Source: the human T2T-CHM13v2.0 reference genome, Homo sapiens
Reading direction: 5' to 3' (one strand)
Length of the DNA stretch: 64,000 nt
Assembly: GCF_009914755.1 (NCBI RefSeq)
Contig: NC_060928.1
In this document: in pieces, positions 1-13,380 of the stretch
Layout: each line of letters begins with the position of its first letter
Numbering within the stretch: position 1 is the stretch's first letter
Notes under the pieces: generated by a model
What the model was told of the DNA's origin: nothing
Databases searched by the model: none
The model's input: only the letters and a program-made list of their open reading frames with translations
Translations under genes and position numbers: made by a program

Positions 1-214
1 TGCTATTATCAATAGTTTACAAATAAGAAATTTAAAAATGGAAAATGGATAAAAGCTTGCTCTAGGCTGAAAAAAAGAAACAACCAAATAAACAGTGGGC
101 TTGGAACGTGAAAGCTTGATTCTGACTTTGGAACCTGTTCTGTCACCTGACTATGGAATTCAGGTCTTCTTCAGAACAAGCACAGATGGGCAGTGATGAG
201 GAAATGACAGATCA

Positions 215-395
215 CCTATATCAAACACCATATGTCAAACATCAATCTAGACTATGACATATCCCATCTCATTTAACTCTTGGAATAACCACACAGTGTT
301 GAGATTCTTGTGTCTATTTTTTTAGAGATAAAGAAAGAGGTAGGACTAGGATTCCAATCCATGTGTATTTGCCTGTAAATCTCTTGTTATTTCTA
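215..395 (-). mobile_element. MIR SINE relic
   Basis: Degenerate MIR core (catttaactcttggaataacc...tttttagagataaagaaa...ggattccaatccatg). Boundaries are approximate. Confidence 0.55.
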
Positions 396-1377
396 CTACC
401 ATTGTTCTATTAATTTTAATCTGAAAGAATCTGAAAAATCAGTTATCTGCCTCACATGAACCCCTAGAATATAACCTCACATGAGAAGGGATGAAAAATT
501 CACACTACAGAAATTTCAGATGGGCTAAAAGCCAGAAAATGCTATTAGAAAATGACTTGTTTTGACTTTTAAAAAACTAGTTGGAATTTAATGATTGCTA
601 GTTTTTAATGCACATCTTACATATAGAGTTACACCCCTTATTGCGTGACTCAGTGTAAGACGACACTGAATTACTGTTATCACTGCCGTTGAGTTAAATA
701 TGACCCAATGCTGTAAATGTGTTCTGCAGTATGTTACACTAAAAGCCTGACTAATCATTTGCTTATGTTTGTTGAATCAAATACAACTAGGCTAAATTCA
801 TTCCACTGTCTTCTTTCAAGCTGATAGGGTGGCTTTATCGAGCTACTAAAAGGAGATGAATGAGCAGAGGCTAAAAGAATTCTGATTCTTTTTTCTGTAA
901 CAAACATCACACAGTAAACCTTCAAAGGACAGGGGGATCAATTTCTTTCAGTCGTCAGTGAGGACACAATAAGTGACCTGGTCAAGGGAAGAGAGGCCTG
1001 AAAATGGCCTCTCTCCTGATGTCTCTCTATTTCAAAAGAGTGGATGATGTCGCTTCTATTTATAAACTCATCTGAAAATGCATGAGCTTTGCAAGGCCTT
1101 TTTTTTTCCTTTGTGGCTGCATCTTGAAAGGGCATAAATTAGAATAACAACATCAAATAACCTAATATCTTGGCATCAACAAAGGCAATTTATAGAAACT
1201 TGAATTTACTATCAAGCAGTAAAGAAAGGCACATAAAGGGGGCATAGAGGCATCTTGATTTTGTAAGGGGTGAAGGCACTTTGACTAAGCAGAAATCTGT
1301 AAATTGCTAGTTGATAGATGACAAGCTGAGGCTGTTAGGAGGGGGAGCCTGGGCTTTGGTGGTGGGTGGACACACCC

Positions 1378-1548
1378 ACTAGTTGTGCCACCTTGTGGAA
1401 GCTATTTACCTTTTGAATTTCATTGATCTTATCTATAGAATTGGAGTAATACCTCACAGGATTATTGTAAAGGCTAAACAACTAACATGCTTGAACACCT
1501 AGTAGAGTGTCTAACCAATAGCAGTAGATGCTCAATAAATAGTAGCTA
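1378..1548 (+). mobile_element. MIR SINE relic
   Basis: acctcacaggattattgtaaaggctaaa...gctcaataaatagtagcta resembles the MIR 3' half. Confidence 0.7.
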
Positions 1549-2264
1549 GTGGTATTAGTGTCATCACCACACTACCACCATCATCATCATAGTTGTATGC
1601 AAGAGATCAGAAACCATTGCCATCAAAGTCTGGTTGCATTAATTTGTCCAAATCTATCACATAGACAAGTTGGTTTTGACGGTTTTCAGTCACTGATTCT
1701 TTTAAAAATAAAATCTTGCGAAAACCCTCCAAATATAAACCATGTGACCCAGCTTTAGAGATTGGGCATTGAAAGTATATAATGAGAAAAGGAGAGCAAG
1801 AACACATACTTTTACAGGGATTCTGAGCTGGCACCCCCTGCTTCTCTTATATGAAAGCAGATCTAGACTTTCCAGGCTCTTAAAATCCACAGAGACTAAG
1901 GATCATCCTAGGTCACCCTGTAAATAGCAATCTTGCTTTAGCTGCGGTCCAGCACTCCCCTGGGAGTTATGAGCTTAAACTAAGCCTCGTCTAAAATTTA
2001 GACAGGAGGAAACAGGGGCACCACAAAAAGTTCTTCCCTGCCCTGACACCACCCCATCCCCAGCTTCAAGGGCATGATCTGCTTTTCCTCTAAAATCGAA
2101 GAAAGAAAATGAAATAAAGTCGAGAGTGTTCACAGAAAGCAAATAATTATTATTGACAAAATTCAAAGCTGACTTACTAGATTTTAATTACAGGACGTTC
2201 CCATCTTCTAATTGACTGTTATACACTTTTAAATTAAGTTTAATCACAGTTAGAGGGGCACACG

Positions 2265-2495
2265 AAGAGTGCTCAGCACGTGCCAAACATAGTTCTCAGT
2301 GCATTGTGTGTTTACATAGATAAGGCTCACAGTAACCCTACAAAGTAGGTGGTACAAGTATCCTTGTTTTTACAGAAAAGGCACGGAGAGATTGAGTAAC
2401 TTATCTAAGATCACACAGCTAAAAACAGCAGAGTCCATATCAGAACCAAAGTTGATGGGTTGCAAAGTCAGTGCCCTTTATCTGCACTGTCTGCC
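2265..2495 (-). mobile_element. MIR SINE relic
   Basis: ctcacagtaaccctacaaagtagg...ttttacaga...gagtaacttatctaagatcacacagct is the reverse MIR core. Confidence 0.7.
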
Positions 2496-4849
2496 TCACT
2501 AAAGGAGGGAACTCAATGTTATAATAGTATTGAAACTGCAGGCTTCCCTGGGGATCATCTTCAGATTGAATAGACCTGATTTTATTGTATTTTGCTTATT
2601 CAGTATTATCTTATTTAGTAAAACTCCTCTAAGTATTTTAAAATCCATAATGGTTTCACTCTTCTTCCCACCATATTCTTTTATAAATGTATTTAAAGAT
2701 ACATAGCTATGGGTCTGTGAGGTAACCTACTACTGTTTAAAAATTGTCCCGCTGGTTAAAAATACATTGAGAATTGTTCTGTTTATTTTAGGAAAAAGTA
2801 ACTTTGACAATCAGTTTTGAAGATGCTCTAAAACTTCAGGGCATCTGTCATTTCAACAAGATGACTCACAGTTTTAATTAACTATTGATTACGAAAGAAA
2901 GTAATATGCTTTAGTCAGACACACTGAGAAAAGTGTTTAGAAATTCTCCTTTCTCAATTAAGCAACTGTTTTCTGATCAGAAAGCACTTGGTTCTTAAAT
3001 GATTGGTAGAAAAGAGAAAAAGAGAAATTGAGTCATCTTTGTTCATTTTTCCTTTTGTTATGACCTGGAAAATCATATATGGAGTGAAAGGATGGAGGAA
3101 AAGAGCAGATTGGAATTTGAAACTACCTTTTCAGTGGGAGATGAACTAGGGCCAAAGGAGGAAGGATGCCTGCTGACAACTGTCATTTCCACAGACTTAC
3201 TGGAGCAAAACGATGTCTAATGTTAAGAAGAAAAATTGAGTGTCTAGATTTTTTAAGTAGCTCAGAATTCTCGTTTGGGTGGTTTTTTAAGGTAGAGCTT
3301 GTTTAAAGGCAGAAGATTATAGAACCGGCCAGGGATTTAAGGGGAGCAAATGAGGGTGTCAGGTTTTTGGATTTAGCTGTCCACTGGCTGGAGGAACTGA
3401 CAAAGCTTACGGTGGCAAAGCCTTTGGCAAATGTAAGTCAAAATAAATTTTCAGCCCAAGACAAAATTATGTTATGTTGAAAACAGTTCGGTTAGCACAT
3501 CGTTCTTCCATGTGCCCAGGCAACAAAATTTCATGGGATTTTTATTCCCCCTTCTCTTTTATTGTTTTACTTCTATTATGAAGAAAATGTAGCTGCTTTA
3601 TACTGAGATGAAATTTTTAAATGCATTCAATAGTGTGGAAGGACTCAAAGCAATCTTCACAATTCAAAGGTTCTATTGGGAGGTTTAAGACTTAGAGGAA
3701 AGTAAAGAAGTAGCCAACTGTACGGAAGAATTTAATCTGTTCTAGGGAAAGAAGTTATCATAGTGCTGTGGGTTTATTAGCTTTATTACTTACTGATCAA
3801 TAAAAATAGGACAAAAATAAGGAATTTTCTCAATTAAAAAGTTTTCAATATATCAAAGCAGTGCAAAAAATGAAACTGAAAGACATACACATTGCTGATC
3901 TTTTACTTCCTATTTTCAAATTTATTATGAATATTTTATGGATTGGAGAGGAGATATAATATCAAATGGTATGAAAAATAAGTCATGATCTAGTATAAAG
4001 CAGAAACAGTAAAGGAGATCTCCAACTTAGATTTTGGGTTTCTAACATAGCATAAATTTTTATCAAAGAACATGCAGACAATGTCAGAACAAACCAAACA
4101 TAATCACCATTATTTCATTTCATTTCTTCACATACAAGGACCCACTGCCAAACCATATTCTCATTTTTACCTTTGAATATTTCCTGGCTTTGACCATACT
4201 ACAGGTGTTCATTCCCTTAGAATCTGAAGCCATCTGTCTTTGAACATACTGGCTGCTGACAACCCAAAGCTGGGTTCCTGTTGGCTTTGAAGAGTTTACC
4301 AGCTTGGAGAGGGAGAGACCTCTTCAAGAAGAGCAAGAGAGCAGAGGAGATGAGACCAACAGTTTGGAAGAAGACATTGTGTTGGGCACATATGCTAGCA
4401 TGGTTTGGTCCTAGAACTAGCCAGAGGGTTGAAAAACAGAGTGAGAGTTTCATTACCCACCTATGGTTTAGGCCCAATTCCAAATCTTGTAATTCCCTCC
4501 CCTTAAATTCCCCCAGCACACTTAACTACATGTTCAAAGAATTATAGACAGCATAGATCAGCATCAAACATAATGACTTTGCCACTTTCCTACTGCTAAT
4601 GCCAAGTCTTATCACCCGCCTCTCTCTCCTTCCCATCTTGCAGTAGCACTAAAAAAGGGATATCAAAATAACAACTATTAAGGACTACTATTATCCTAAA
4701 TTCTGGAGTATTACATATGCATGTGAAAAAAATTACCTACTTTACATTGTATCTATATGATCTATGTGAAATCTTCTGAACTATCATAGATAATCTTTTT
4801 GAAACCATTTCCATAGTAAGTTCCATACTAAATCTTTCATTATTGTGAA

Positions 4850-5150
4850 GGTTCTTATTAGAAATGAGCCCTTCCAGGGCAGGAGCCACAGTCTATGTTT
4901 TCATCATACTCCCAGGGCCTACCACAGTGTCTTACTACATTCATTCAGCATTCATTTATTGAGTAAATTTTTTCATGAGGCTGAATACTGTACTTGCCAG
5001 TGATGGCAGAAATGGTGAAAGAGATAGAAAAGGATCCTGCTTTCATGGAGCTTACATTCTAACTTCCATAGCAGATGTTCAGGCACACAATGAATGGTTT
5101 TTCTAATAAATGAATGGTTGAATAAACAAAAGAATAAATGAATGAATAAA
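4850..5150. mobile_element. L2 LINE 3'-end fragments in both orientations
   Basis: cattcattcagcattcatttattgag on one side and tgaatg/aataaatgaatgaat tails on the other, with cagggcaggagcc and ctttcatggagcttacattcta motifs typical of L2. Confidence 0.6.
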
Positions 5151-5667
5151 TAAGTTTGTACAGGGCAAAGATAATCTAAATTTGAATACAGAGTTCACTT
5201 TGGTCTGGTTTCCACCAGTCCGTCGTCCAACTCATGAAATGGCCCAATAGAATTAGAAATGTGTGTGTGGGTGGAGTGGGGTAGGGGTAGGGGGGTAGTT
5301 ATGTGCCTAATATTTCATTCTCAAGACTGGTTGAAATGATAAGATCATTTCTAAGCATTGATACTATCAAACAGCAAATCACCCCAGTAATGTATTTATA
5401 AATCAGCATTTTCTAAAGAATGCTTTATAGAATCTAATTCTGCGTATTGTTACTTGATGTTATGCCAAAACAGTTTTGTATGATGAAATAAGGTGGGGAA
5501 CACTTAGTTAGAGAAGTTTCTTTTTTGGTAGGTCTTAGCAGAACTTTTAGCATGATAATAAGCAGTGTGGTTGCCTCAGATAATGTGTCTTCCAAACTTT
5601 AATAGAAAATTCATTTCTGAGAACAATTTAATAAAGCACACTTTGTTTAATATGGATATGAATAAAC

Positions 5668-6449
5668 GTAGTGGAAGTTGCTGCTCTGCCTGGATTCCCT
5701 CTTCAGGACCAATGCACTTGTCTCAGTTATTCAGGCTGCTAGAATAAATGACCATAGATTTGCTTAAACAACAGATACTTACTTGTCATAATTCTGGAGG
5801 CTGGAAGTCCAAGATAAAGGTGCTGGAAGACTTGTTGTCTGGTGAGAGTCCCCTTCCTGATTGCAGACGGCTGTCTTCTCACTGTATCCTCACCTGGTAG
5901 AAAGAGAGAGAGCTCTCTGAAGTCGCTTTTCTAAGGGTATTCAACCCATTCATGAGGGGTCCACCCTCATGACCTAATTACCTCCTCCAAACTCTACCTT
6001 CTAATGTCATCACCATTGGGGTTAGGATTGTAACATATGAAATTTTGGAGGAACACGCATTCAATCCATAACAGCATTCATCCTCTGCTCTTGACAATGT
6101 TTGTGGCTGAATGATCATAGATGCACCCTCCTGGGCATTGCCCTCAGCTCCAGGGTCCTGCCCCCTGGAGTTTGGCCTGTGGACAATCACGGGGTGATGA
6201 AAGGATAAAAGGCTCACTCACCCTTGTCTCAATTTGAGATAGAGCTTAAGGGGCATCCTAGCTCTAGAATTCCCTGTAGAATCAGATAAAGACCCAGCTG
6301 CATCCACATTGCAGGTCAGCTTCTCCCTCTGTGCCAACCTGTCTTCTCTACTTCCTTATGGGTATCTCTCTCCCAGAACATTTCCCAGTAAAATATCTCT
6401 ATGCAATTCCCCATCACCAGGTCTGTTTTTTGGAAATTTAATCAAGACA
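5668..6449 (+). mobile_element. LTR16-like ERVL solo LTR, interrupted by an MLT1A LTR
   Basis: Start tagtggaagttg...ctcttcaggac. Continues after the MLT with gggcattgccctcagc, ggataaaaggc and the terminus ...aatcaagaca. Confidence 0.6.
5719..6073 (-). mobile_element. MLT1A/A0-like MaLR solo LTR
   Basis: tgtctcagtt...ttctggaggctggaagtccaagat...catgacctaattacctcc...cattcaatccataaca, with TG...CA termini. Confidence 0.85.
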
Positions 6450-8687
6450 ATGAACGTTATTCCAATTGATCTGTAAGGCTCAGGTGAACTTTGAGCCACT
6501 CACTTCAGTGTGACCAAAAGTATGTTTTTGGAAACATTTGATTCATAGATTATTGAGGCTGAAGCAATGTTCCAAGTCATTGAGAAACACTCATTATAAA
6601 CACCTCTTTTTCTAAAAATCTGTCTCAAGTTTTTGGTCTATACAATTCATTTGCATGATCACCATGGGCAGCATGTGCCATCGTTTCTAACTTTTATTGG
6701 CATTACATTTTCATTTAAATTCAAAGTCAACTCTCTCATGTACTCAAGCCATCAGCAACATACTTTCAGACTCATTTTGCCTAACTTTAATGTTAAACCT
6801 CTTTATACTGTGTCTTACCCAAAAAGGAGTAATGAATCTGTAAATAAGGAGGAAAACCAAATGTCATTCTCTTAATTTTAGTAATTGTGTTTTGTTGAAA
6901 TAGCTCTAGTATGAGCTACAAGCTTTCTAAGAAAAACAGTCCTGACTTTAAGCACACTGGACTGTAATCATATACATTTACATACATACACACATATGCA
7001 CAGTTGTATACACACAAGCATATTAAACAGCTGAAGGGAAGTATCAGATATCCTTGTGAATCCCCTCAGTTTTATTGTTGAAAATATTGAGGTCCATTGT
7101 GGAGAAGTGACTTATTTAAGGTCCCGTAGAGAGTGGTAGAATGAAATCTGCATCTCCAACTTCCAAAATATAAACTTAAAATGTCAGCCTGTTGTTCAGA
7201 TGCATGTTGGTGGGGCAGGCAGAATGGCTATTAGCTTCATCCCATACCCAAAATTATTTAGCTGTAAAATCACAATAGAATTGTTTTACACAGCCACATG
7301 TCTCATTTGACTTCTAAAAAACTTGATTAAGCACACCTTTTCGAGGATGTAATACATGCATAAAGCTAAGGATACATGTAAACAGGACGGTATAAAAACT
7401 ACCTTTCAATCTCACCCCACACCAGTGAGCATTATGATTGATTAAATCGTCAGTAAGAGATTCAATCAGCCATCCAGCAGTCTAAAAATCTACAATTCTA
7501 AAAAAAATTTAATAATGGAATGTGAACTGAAACAAAACAAAACACACATACGCAGATTGTCCTCACTTTAGCAATTTCATCAGAAAGTGGTTTTTATAAA
7601 CATATTTTTCTGTGCTCATCTTTTTATAGATTCAATCAGCACTACCTCACAGAAATCATCCACAGAGATTCCATGGCAACAGCCACATTCTGCACAGACA
7701 CACACACACAAAATCAACATGCTTAAATAATTATAATTCACACCCACTTAAGTCTATTAGATTTGGATTCCAGATACAAAAATAGCTACAATAATTTTTT
7801 TGCCAATTAGGAGCAGCTCTATTATTAATGCTTTTGGTAAATTTAAACCATGTGATAATGGAAAATGAAAAAGCAAAACCCCAAAGGGAGGAAAAAACAG
7901 TTCAGCACTGGTCTAGATCCTGTCACCATCAGCTGATTGTTTTGGGTTCATTTTTCAAGGGAATTTTACCTCAATCACGAGCTACTTAAATGGAGCCTTT
8001 ATTGGCAGTAAAACAGAATTGGTAGAACATGGGATCAGTACTCTTCCGTCCAAAAAAGTAAATGACTGTTTTAAAATTTCAACCTTTTTCTCTATTAAAA
8101 TAATATGGCTTTGAAAACCAGTTTCAGAAGAAAATTTCTTGATTTGAGTAATTGTTCAAGAGTCATGTTCCCGAGGTAATCTTGGTTTTACTTGTTGAGC
8201 GCCTGAGGGACATGAATATAAAGAAAAATTAAGGCTGGATCCATGTAATGTCAGCCATTAAAATAGAGTAAAAAATTCCAGGCACCATCTTAGGGCAAAG
8301 GCTATAAAAAAACTCAAATTACCTGTGGCTTATGGTGGTGTTTTGTCAAATTTTATAATGCTGACCAGTTACAACAGAACTGATCTCAGTTCTCATTCAA
8401 AATGGAGATTCCTGGCTCTCACTCCTGTTCCACAGAATTCAAATCTGTAGTGTTCTACTACTGATGAAGCAAGTGATTCTTTGGTAAAACACCAAAGGAG
8501 TGAGTCCAGACAGGAAGTACCTACCGACAGCTAGGAGCTGACATGAACTTTTAAAGGAGTAAGATCTGGAAATTCTTTAAGCCTGGTAGTAACATGTAGC
8601 TGCTGTGGCTTTGTGATATCGTTCCTGTTAGGAAAATGGGGTATAGTGGGCATGAAAATGCATCTTAAAGATTAAAGACCATAGTCA

Positions 8688-8943
<256 letters not shown>

Positions 8944-10489
8944 CTACCACATTATCATCTGAATCAGAGTGTCTCATTAATAATAACCATAACAATGAAA
9001 GCAACGTCAATAATTACAATCCATTTTTATAACTCTTTGCCATTTGCAAAACTTAGTTTATAATGTCCATGGAAATGAGCATGGAAGGATTGAAGGGCAA
9101 AACCACAGAAAGTCAGGACAGACCGTTTTATCTTCTTTTGCTGAACTTGACTGTAAACTCCATGAGATTCTGGCCTCTGCCTTCTCAAAAAGTGACTGGT
9201 TTATACTAGAGTCTCAATCAATATTTTTAAAATGATTAATAAATGAATGAATAATACAGGACATAAAGAGGATGTAATTTGCAGAGAATGAGAAGAAAGC
9301 ACTTTCTTAGATAATACCTGACAGTATATTTTTCCCTGTCTAAATCAAGTAACTAAATAAAACCCAGTATATGACAGCAGTGAGAGAGGGAGAACATTCC
9401 AGCGCAACTGCAAGAGGGTTTGATGACCATATTTTAGAAGTTGAGAGCAGCAGCTATTGGAGTCAGCATGCTTACATAGAGTTGTTCAGCAACAAATAAT
9501 GGAAAGAATTAGCAAGATTTGTGAAAATTCAGTTGCCAATCATTTAAATTTAAACACTGGGCCCCTGAAGTCACAGAGACTGCTATAAGGAAGTGATCAG
9601 TCCAATGTCAGCTGATAGGACACAGCCTAAAACACTAAAGAGTGGAGAAATATTTCCTTCAGTCACAGATGTCTGAGAATTTCACCAAGACTTTAACAGA
9701 GAGTGATTTATCTTCCACACCAGAATTACATTCTCATTAGACCTGCGATTAATGTAGTTTGGGGTGGGTATATGGGAGGTGTTTGTGCGTGAGAAAGAGT
9801 GAGTTTCAATACCATTGGGCTAATCAATATTTGGTCATTGTAAAAACTTACTCCTGGTGTTGTTGAAGCTAAATGTACAAATTCAGAGAGCTTCTGGGGC
9901 CCCGAGTATACAGAGCATGTGAATAGCTCTCTCTCCCCACTTCCTGCCACAGACACAACACACAGACACCCAAAAGGGCAAGACATTACTCACACTGTTT
10001 TCTTTTTTTTAATGTCAGAAGAACTCTGTAAGGTTAGTGTAGGCTTAAGTATTTCATTTTATAAAAGAAGCAATTGAGATACAAAAAATACAGAAAGTTC
10101 ACAAAGTTAATAAAAGCTAGAGCAGAGATTAAATCCTAGGTCTTCTGATTCAAAGTCACTTTTTAAAAAATACAGAATTGGGTACTGGAATAAGATTAGC
10201 TATTTTAATACAGAATTATGTTTTTCCCCCAAATACAGTCTTTAAAATGTCATGCTATAATTTTATAACCATAGTTTGGCAGAGATTCACCATAAAAAGT
10301 TCAGATAAATTTCCATTTTATAATTCTGTGTAAAAAAAGGTGAAATCAGAAATGAATACAAACTATTCTAAGTTCAGATTCTATAAATTTTGATGAGTTA
10401 AGAAAAAAGATGAAAGAAAAGAAAAAAAGAATATTGAAAATCTTCATGTGGAACTTCTATTTATAAAGGAAATTTATGTCAATAGAGAA

Positions 10490-11060
10490 CTTAAAACTAT
10501 TAATCTTTTTATTGGAGACACCTGGCAGAAATCACCTTAACCAAATGATCAAAGTTAACCTCAACTTTAAAGAGACAAACTGGCTTTAGATGTTCCTGGG
10601 AGGCTGCTGAGAAGGACACAGCATCACTTCTGTGAAATTCTGCTCAAATATGCATAACCTGAATTTGATCATGAAAAGACATCACACACCCACAATACAA
10701 AATAACTGCTGTGTACTTTTCTAATGGTTCAAAACCATGAAAGAGAAAGAAGAGACATAGAAACTGTTACGGATTAAAAGAGACTAAGAAAATGTGATAA
10801 CTAAATGCAAGAAGTGATCTTGGTTGGCTCTTGAACCATTATAAAAAACACATTAATGGGACCATTGATGGAATTTGAATACAGTCTCTAGATTAGACAG
10901 TAGGATTATATCAGTGTTAATTTCCTGATTTTTCTAAATGTACTCTGTTAGTAATAACATTTTGGGAAACTAGAAGATGGATATATAAAAATTTATTATA
11001 TTAATTTTGCAACTTTAAGTCTAAAATTATCTCAAAAATATTTAAAAATTAAATTTAAAA
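10490..11060 (+). mobile_element. Old L1M (L1MC/ME-type) 3' UTR fragment
   Basis: cctggcagaaatcaccttaaccaaatgatcaaagttaac...tatcagtgttaatttcctgatttt...gtctaaaattatctcaaaa, typical of L1MC/ME 3' ends. Confidence 0.75.
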
Positions 11061-11621
11061 AATTTAAATGGGCAGATTTCATATTGTGTTCTTACCATGA
11101 TTTTTTTTAAACAAAATTAAAATATGATCAATCTTAATGCTGCAAAAGGTCTTACGATAAAGCAATTAAATCTCATAGCTGAGTATTGTAACTTGTCCAA
11201 GGTTGCAAAGACCTTGAATCTTGGTCACCGGACACTGATATTCTTTCTTTAGTACTGTGTCCTACTTCATCCTCAATTCTCTAAAAACATGAGGACACTG
11301 ACATCAGCCTGTTCTTAACATTTCATGTCTTTTTCAGAGACAAGGGAGGATGATGTTGACAACAGATGTTGACCATGTGGATGTAACAGGTCAGCGCTTT
11401 GCCCTGGAAAGCACTTGTTAACAGCAGCTCAAGAGAGAATACCCAATGAAGCAATTATGTGTGGAGATATCTGAAGGTGAGGGCTTATTATTAATGGGAG
11501 ATCAAAGATCACAATTTTAAAAATCCACTAAGAATTAAAATACACAGAAAAAATTATAAACAAATAAGGTAAATGAGGGAGTTATAGTGGAGGAATAGTA
11601 ACCAAGGACTGTGGCTTAAAT

Positions 11622-12995
11622 CAGTGGTTTTTAAACATTTTTGCTCACTTATTCATTAAAAAGATTTTGGGGAAAACTTGCACATCTTTAAGTTGACATC
11701 TAAAATTTGCACATCTTTAAGTTGACATCTACAATTTTATCTTTGGCATATAACTAATTGCAAAAGATATAATTTCTGGCAAATTCCAAATAATGGCACT
11801 TTTTAATTAAACTGTCAGGTAACTCTGTAATATCTCTCCAAAGCAATATAAACACAACAGCAAGATGAAAGTCATGATCATTTAAGAGATAAAGGCATGC
11901 TCTTCTTTTCCAGTTGAAAAGTTCACATTATTTTTATTCATTTTAAACTAATATTTCCATTCTAATTCTCTCACAGAGTTTTATCCTAGAAGAAATTTTC
12001 GTACATGAAAGCCCTCCATGATCACCAAATCATGCTTCAATGCCACAAAAATATGTGGGTAAATTGAAAGGTAAATTGTTTTTAAGCATCCAGTGACACT
12101 AAGGCTCTAAATATTACATATTTTTCTGGATTGAGTTACAATTATAAATATCATACGGTTTATTTTTTAAAGAAAAATAATTACTCACACAAGAAGTAAG
12201 AATGTTATTGGTAAAAATCTCTTAATTAAATGGATGTGGCTGGGGCTTTTCCCTGTATAGTTCACATATCCAAAGATGAAGACTACTCATTAGCATTATC
12301 ATCAATACTGTTATAAGACAAGGTTCAGCACTAATTCCATTCTTCATTTTTATTTTTTACAGATTTAAGCTTAGAGAAAAATTTGTTCACCTAAATCAAT
12401 GAATGAGAATGGAGTTTGATTTTAGCAGGTCATTTAATTCTTCAACTCCTTCTGTGTATTTGACAAAAATATTACATAGCAATCACTTTAAAATTATTTC
12501 TAATGACCTATCATTAAACTATTTTAAAATATTTGATTTTTAATATTTGATATTTTAAAATATCAAGTATTTGTAATGAACTGTTTAGTTAGATAGTCCT
12601 TCAGTAATATTGAATTGAAAAGCTCCTGTCCTGAACAAGCAAATTGTTACCCAGACATGAAAGTCACCCCCTTTTCCACAATGCTACCAGCATTTCCAGT
12701 TGCCTCTTGTTTGTGGATAGTGTAATGTTTCCACCCCATTGTAACGCATCAAGGAAATTATCTAGATGTTGAGAGCCAGAAATTTTTGTAAAGTGGGAGA
12801 AGACGTGTTATGAAGGGCAAGTGAGATTCCTCAAGACCAGGCTTACTCTCTTTAAGAGCAATTTTGGGGGATGAGGAAGAAGGGAATTACATGTGGAAAT
12901 TGACGAGCTGGAAATTGATTCCCTTAAAACTATCCATTTCTCAGATACCCCTTGGCAAATTTTGTGTATACCCAGAACTATGCAAATGCCTGGGT
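11622..12995 (-). mobile_element. hAT-Charlie DNA transposon fossil (Charlie7-like)
   Basis: Begins with a Charlie-type TIR (cagtggtttttaaac). The minus strand near 12230-12350 reads like a degraded hAT C-terminal region (..MKNGISAEPCL.., ..PQPHPFN*). Right boundary is uncertain. Confidence 0.55.
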
Positions 12996-13172
12996 CATCT
13001 TAGATTATGCTAGGCACAAAGAATTTTCACCAAGACAGCACACAAAATGCAAGCCGCATGGAGGAAGACATTTATGATGGTGTCACTGCATTAAATACAT
13101 GTCTTCAAATTATGAAACTACTTATCAAAGTGTCTTCAGAGGAAAACTAGACCTTTGAGTTATTCCAAAAAA

Positions 13173-13380
13173 AAGTGGTTTCCAATGGTACATTTGAAAA
13201 TATTGCATAAGTCCCCTCTGAGAAGGATTACAACTCACATGAGCACACTTGAGTCTCTGAAAAGTCTTGCAGTCAGGAATACAGTTTAACTTTATTTAAC
13301 TCAGAGTTTCACAAATATATTTGCCCATGTACCTCTTTTTTATTAACATCTTCCTGAACACACTTTCAGGGTTGCTGAGC
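13173..13380. mobile_element. Short Charlie-type nonautonomous element (Charlie4z-like)
   Basis: agtggtttcca...gtttaactttatttaactcagagtttcacaaatatatttg...gaacacacttt. Confidence 0.5.

Noticed and set aside
4217-4547. Overlapping 100-aa and 88-aa ORFs in unique DNA
   Set aside because: No recognisable domain, non-ATG starts and chance-level length.
5269-5296. G-run cluster with G-quadruplex potential
   Set aside because: A common motif next to a (TG)n run, with no promoter or CpG-island context.
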